From a virus: a stretch of 5,659 nucleotides of DNA. The stretch lies in IMG/VR virus record IMGVR_UViG_3300008807_000293, positions 1-5,659 of that record, one strand, 5' to 3'. Shown here piece after piece: positions 4,935 to 5,659 of the stretch. Below the pieces are notes generated by a model that saw only the letters and a program-made list of their open reading frames with translations, ran no database searches and had not been told where the DNA came from. The stretch's first letter is position 1. The number at the start of each line of letters is the position of its first letter. A program made the translations under genes and the position numbers.

Positions 4935-5659
4935 ATGGGGCAAACTAGTGCAAATGAAAATTCTCATATTAACGAGCGAATCCAGTATGATTTGAGCCAT
5001 TGGTCAATGAATTGTGGCATGATTGGTGGTTTGCAGACATTATCTTTGATTCCTGTTATTGCAGGTGATTCAATTAAAATTGATATGGATGCAGTATTTC
5101 GTCTTTCACCATTACGTAGGAATTTATATTTAGATTGTCAAATTGATTTGTTTGCCTTTTATGTTCCACACCGTCATATTTATGGCTCATCTTGGATTGA
5201 TTTTCTTAAAGCGGGTCCTAATGAAACAACTACTTTTGGTACTCGTACTTTAACTGGTGCAAATTATTGCTGTGGTACTCATTTGCCAGAAGGTACTGTT
5301 CCTCGTTGGATACCTGAAGGATATTTACAGATTTGGAATCGTTATTTTAAGCACCCCACAGATGCTGATGAAGCTATGTCTTATTTCGATAGTTTAGCTG
5401 CTGGTAGTGATGTGTTAAATTATGGAATTCCATGTGGTTGGCCTGGTCGTATTTGGAATACACAAGTTGCGGCTTTAGCTGTTAACTCTGACAAACGTTT
5501 TAGTTTGGTTGATACTGATAAGATTGATTTGTTAGATATGGCTAATAAACAAGGTCACTTGGAAGCTATACGTCAACGTGAATTTTTTGCACGTCGTTAT
5601 GTAGATGTTTTAGGAAATGTATGGGGTTCAACTGTTAATATTGATGCAGATCAAAGGCC
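4935..5659 (+). CDS. F: Major capsid protein F, N-terminal part. It runs off the window end and continues at 2..682 through the circular junction.
   Basis: SD GAGGTG (4926-4931) lies 3 nt before the ATG. I read no stop through 5659. Translation MGQTSANENSHINERIQYDLSHWSMNCGMIGGLQTLSLIPVIAGDSIKIDMDAVFRLSPLRRNLYLDCQIDLFAFYVPHRHIYGSSWIDFLKAG... aligns with phiX174 F ...MPHDLSHLGFLAGQIGRLITISTTPVIAGDSFEMDAVGALRLSPLRRGLAIDSTVDIFTFYVPHRHVYGEQWIKFMKDG. Confidence 0.93.
   Translation, partial: MGQTSANENSHINERIQYDLSHWSMNCGMIGGLQTLSLIPVIAGDSIKIDMDAVFRLSPLRRNLYLDCQIDLFAFYVPHRHIYGSSWIDFLKAGPNETTTFGTRTLTGANYCCGTHLPEGTVPRWIPEGYLQIWNRYFKHPTDADEAMSYFDSLAAGSDVLNYGIPCGWPGRIWNTQVAALAVNSDKRFSLVDTDKIDLLDMANKQGHLEAIRQREFFARRYVDVLGNVWGSTVNIDADQR
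5561..5659. repeat. Right copy of the 99-nt terminal direct repeat (identical to 1-99).
   Basis: Exact identity to 1-99, read directly. It lies inside the capsid ORF, so it is an assembly or linearisation overlap and not a biological repeat. Confidence 0.95.

Noticed and set aside
1-5659. A search for tRNA, rRNA, CRISPR repeats, inverted terminal repeats or integrase/attachment-type features.
   Set aside because: I found none. The only long repeat is the 99-nt circularisation overlap. Coding density leaves no room for such elements.

Overview
The window is one complete circular ssDNA microvirus genome (family Microviridae) with phiX174-type (Bullavirinae-like) architecture. It has been linearised inside the major capsid gene. 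Bases 1-99 are repeated exactly at 5561-5659, so the true unit is 5560 nt, and the capsid ORF that runs off the 3' end continues in frame at the 5' end. All credible genes are on the + strand and tightly packed. Most have strong Shine-Dalgarno (SD) sites, and several junctions are ATGA overlaps or 1-nt gaps. The order is F (capsid, wraps the junction), a 60-aa extra ORF, a G-slot spike candidate, H (pilot), a GC-rich hairpin, A (HUH rolling-circle initiator) with B (internal scaffold) nested in another frame, a 118-aa C-slot ORF, D (external scaffold), a 20-aa J, a 55-aa single-TM ORF, then F again. I recognised A, B, D, F, H and J by by-eye alignment to phiX174 proteins recalled from memory, so all of them need a real alignment. 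Several points depart from phiX174. The genome is clearly AT-rich (GC not computed). The frame inside D that corresponds to lysis gene E is closed by stops. A free-standing small membrane protein sits between J and F. An extra small ORF is translationally coupled between F and G. There is no K-like ORF. The 158-nt G-H gap is unusual. A 30-mer inside gene A matches the phiX174 (+)-strand origin closely in its nick-proximal half. I saw no tRNA, rRNA, CRISPR array or transposon.
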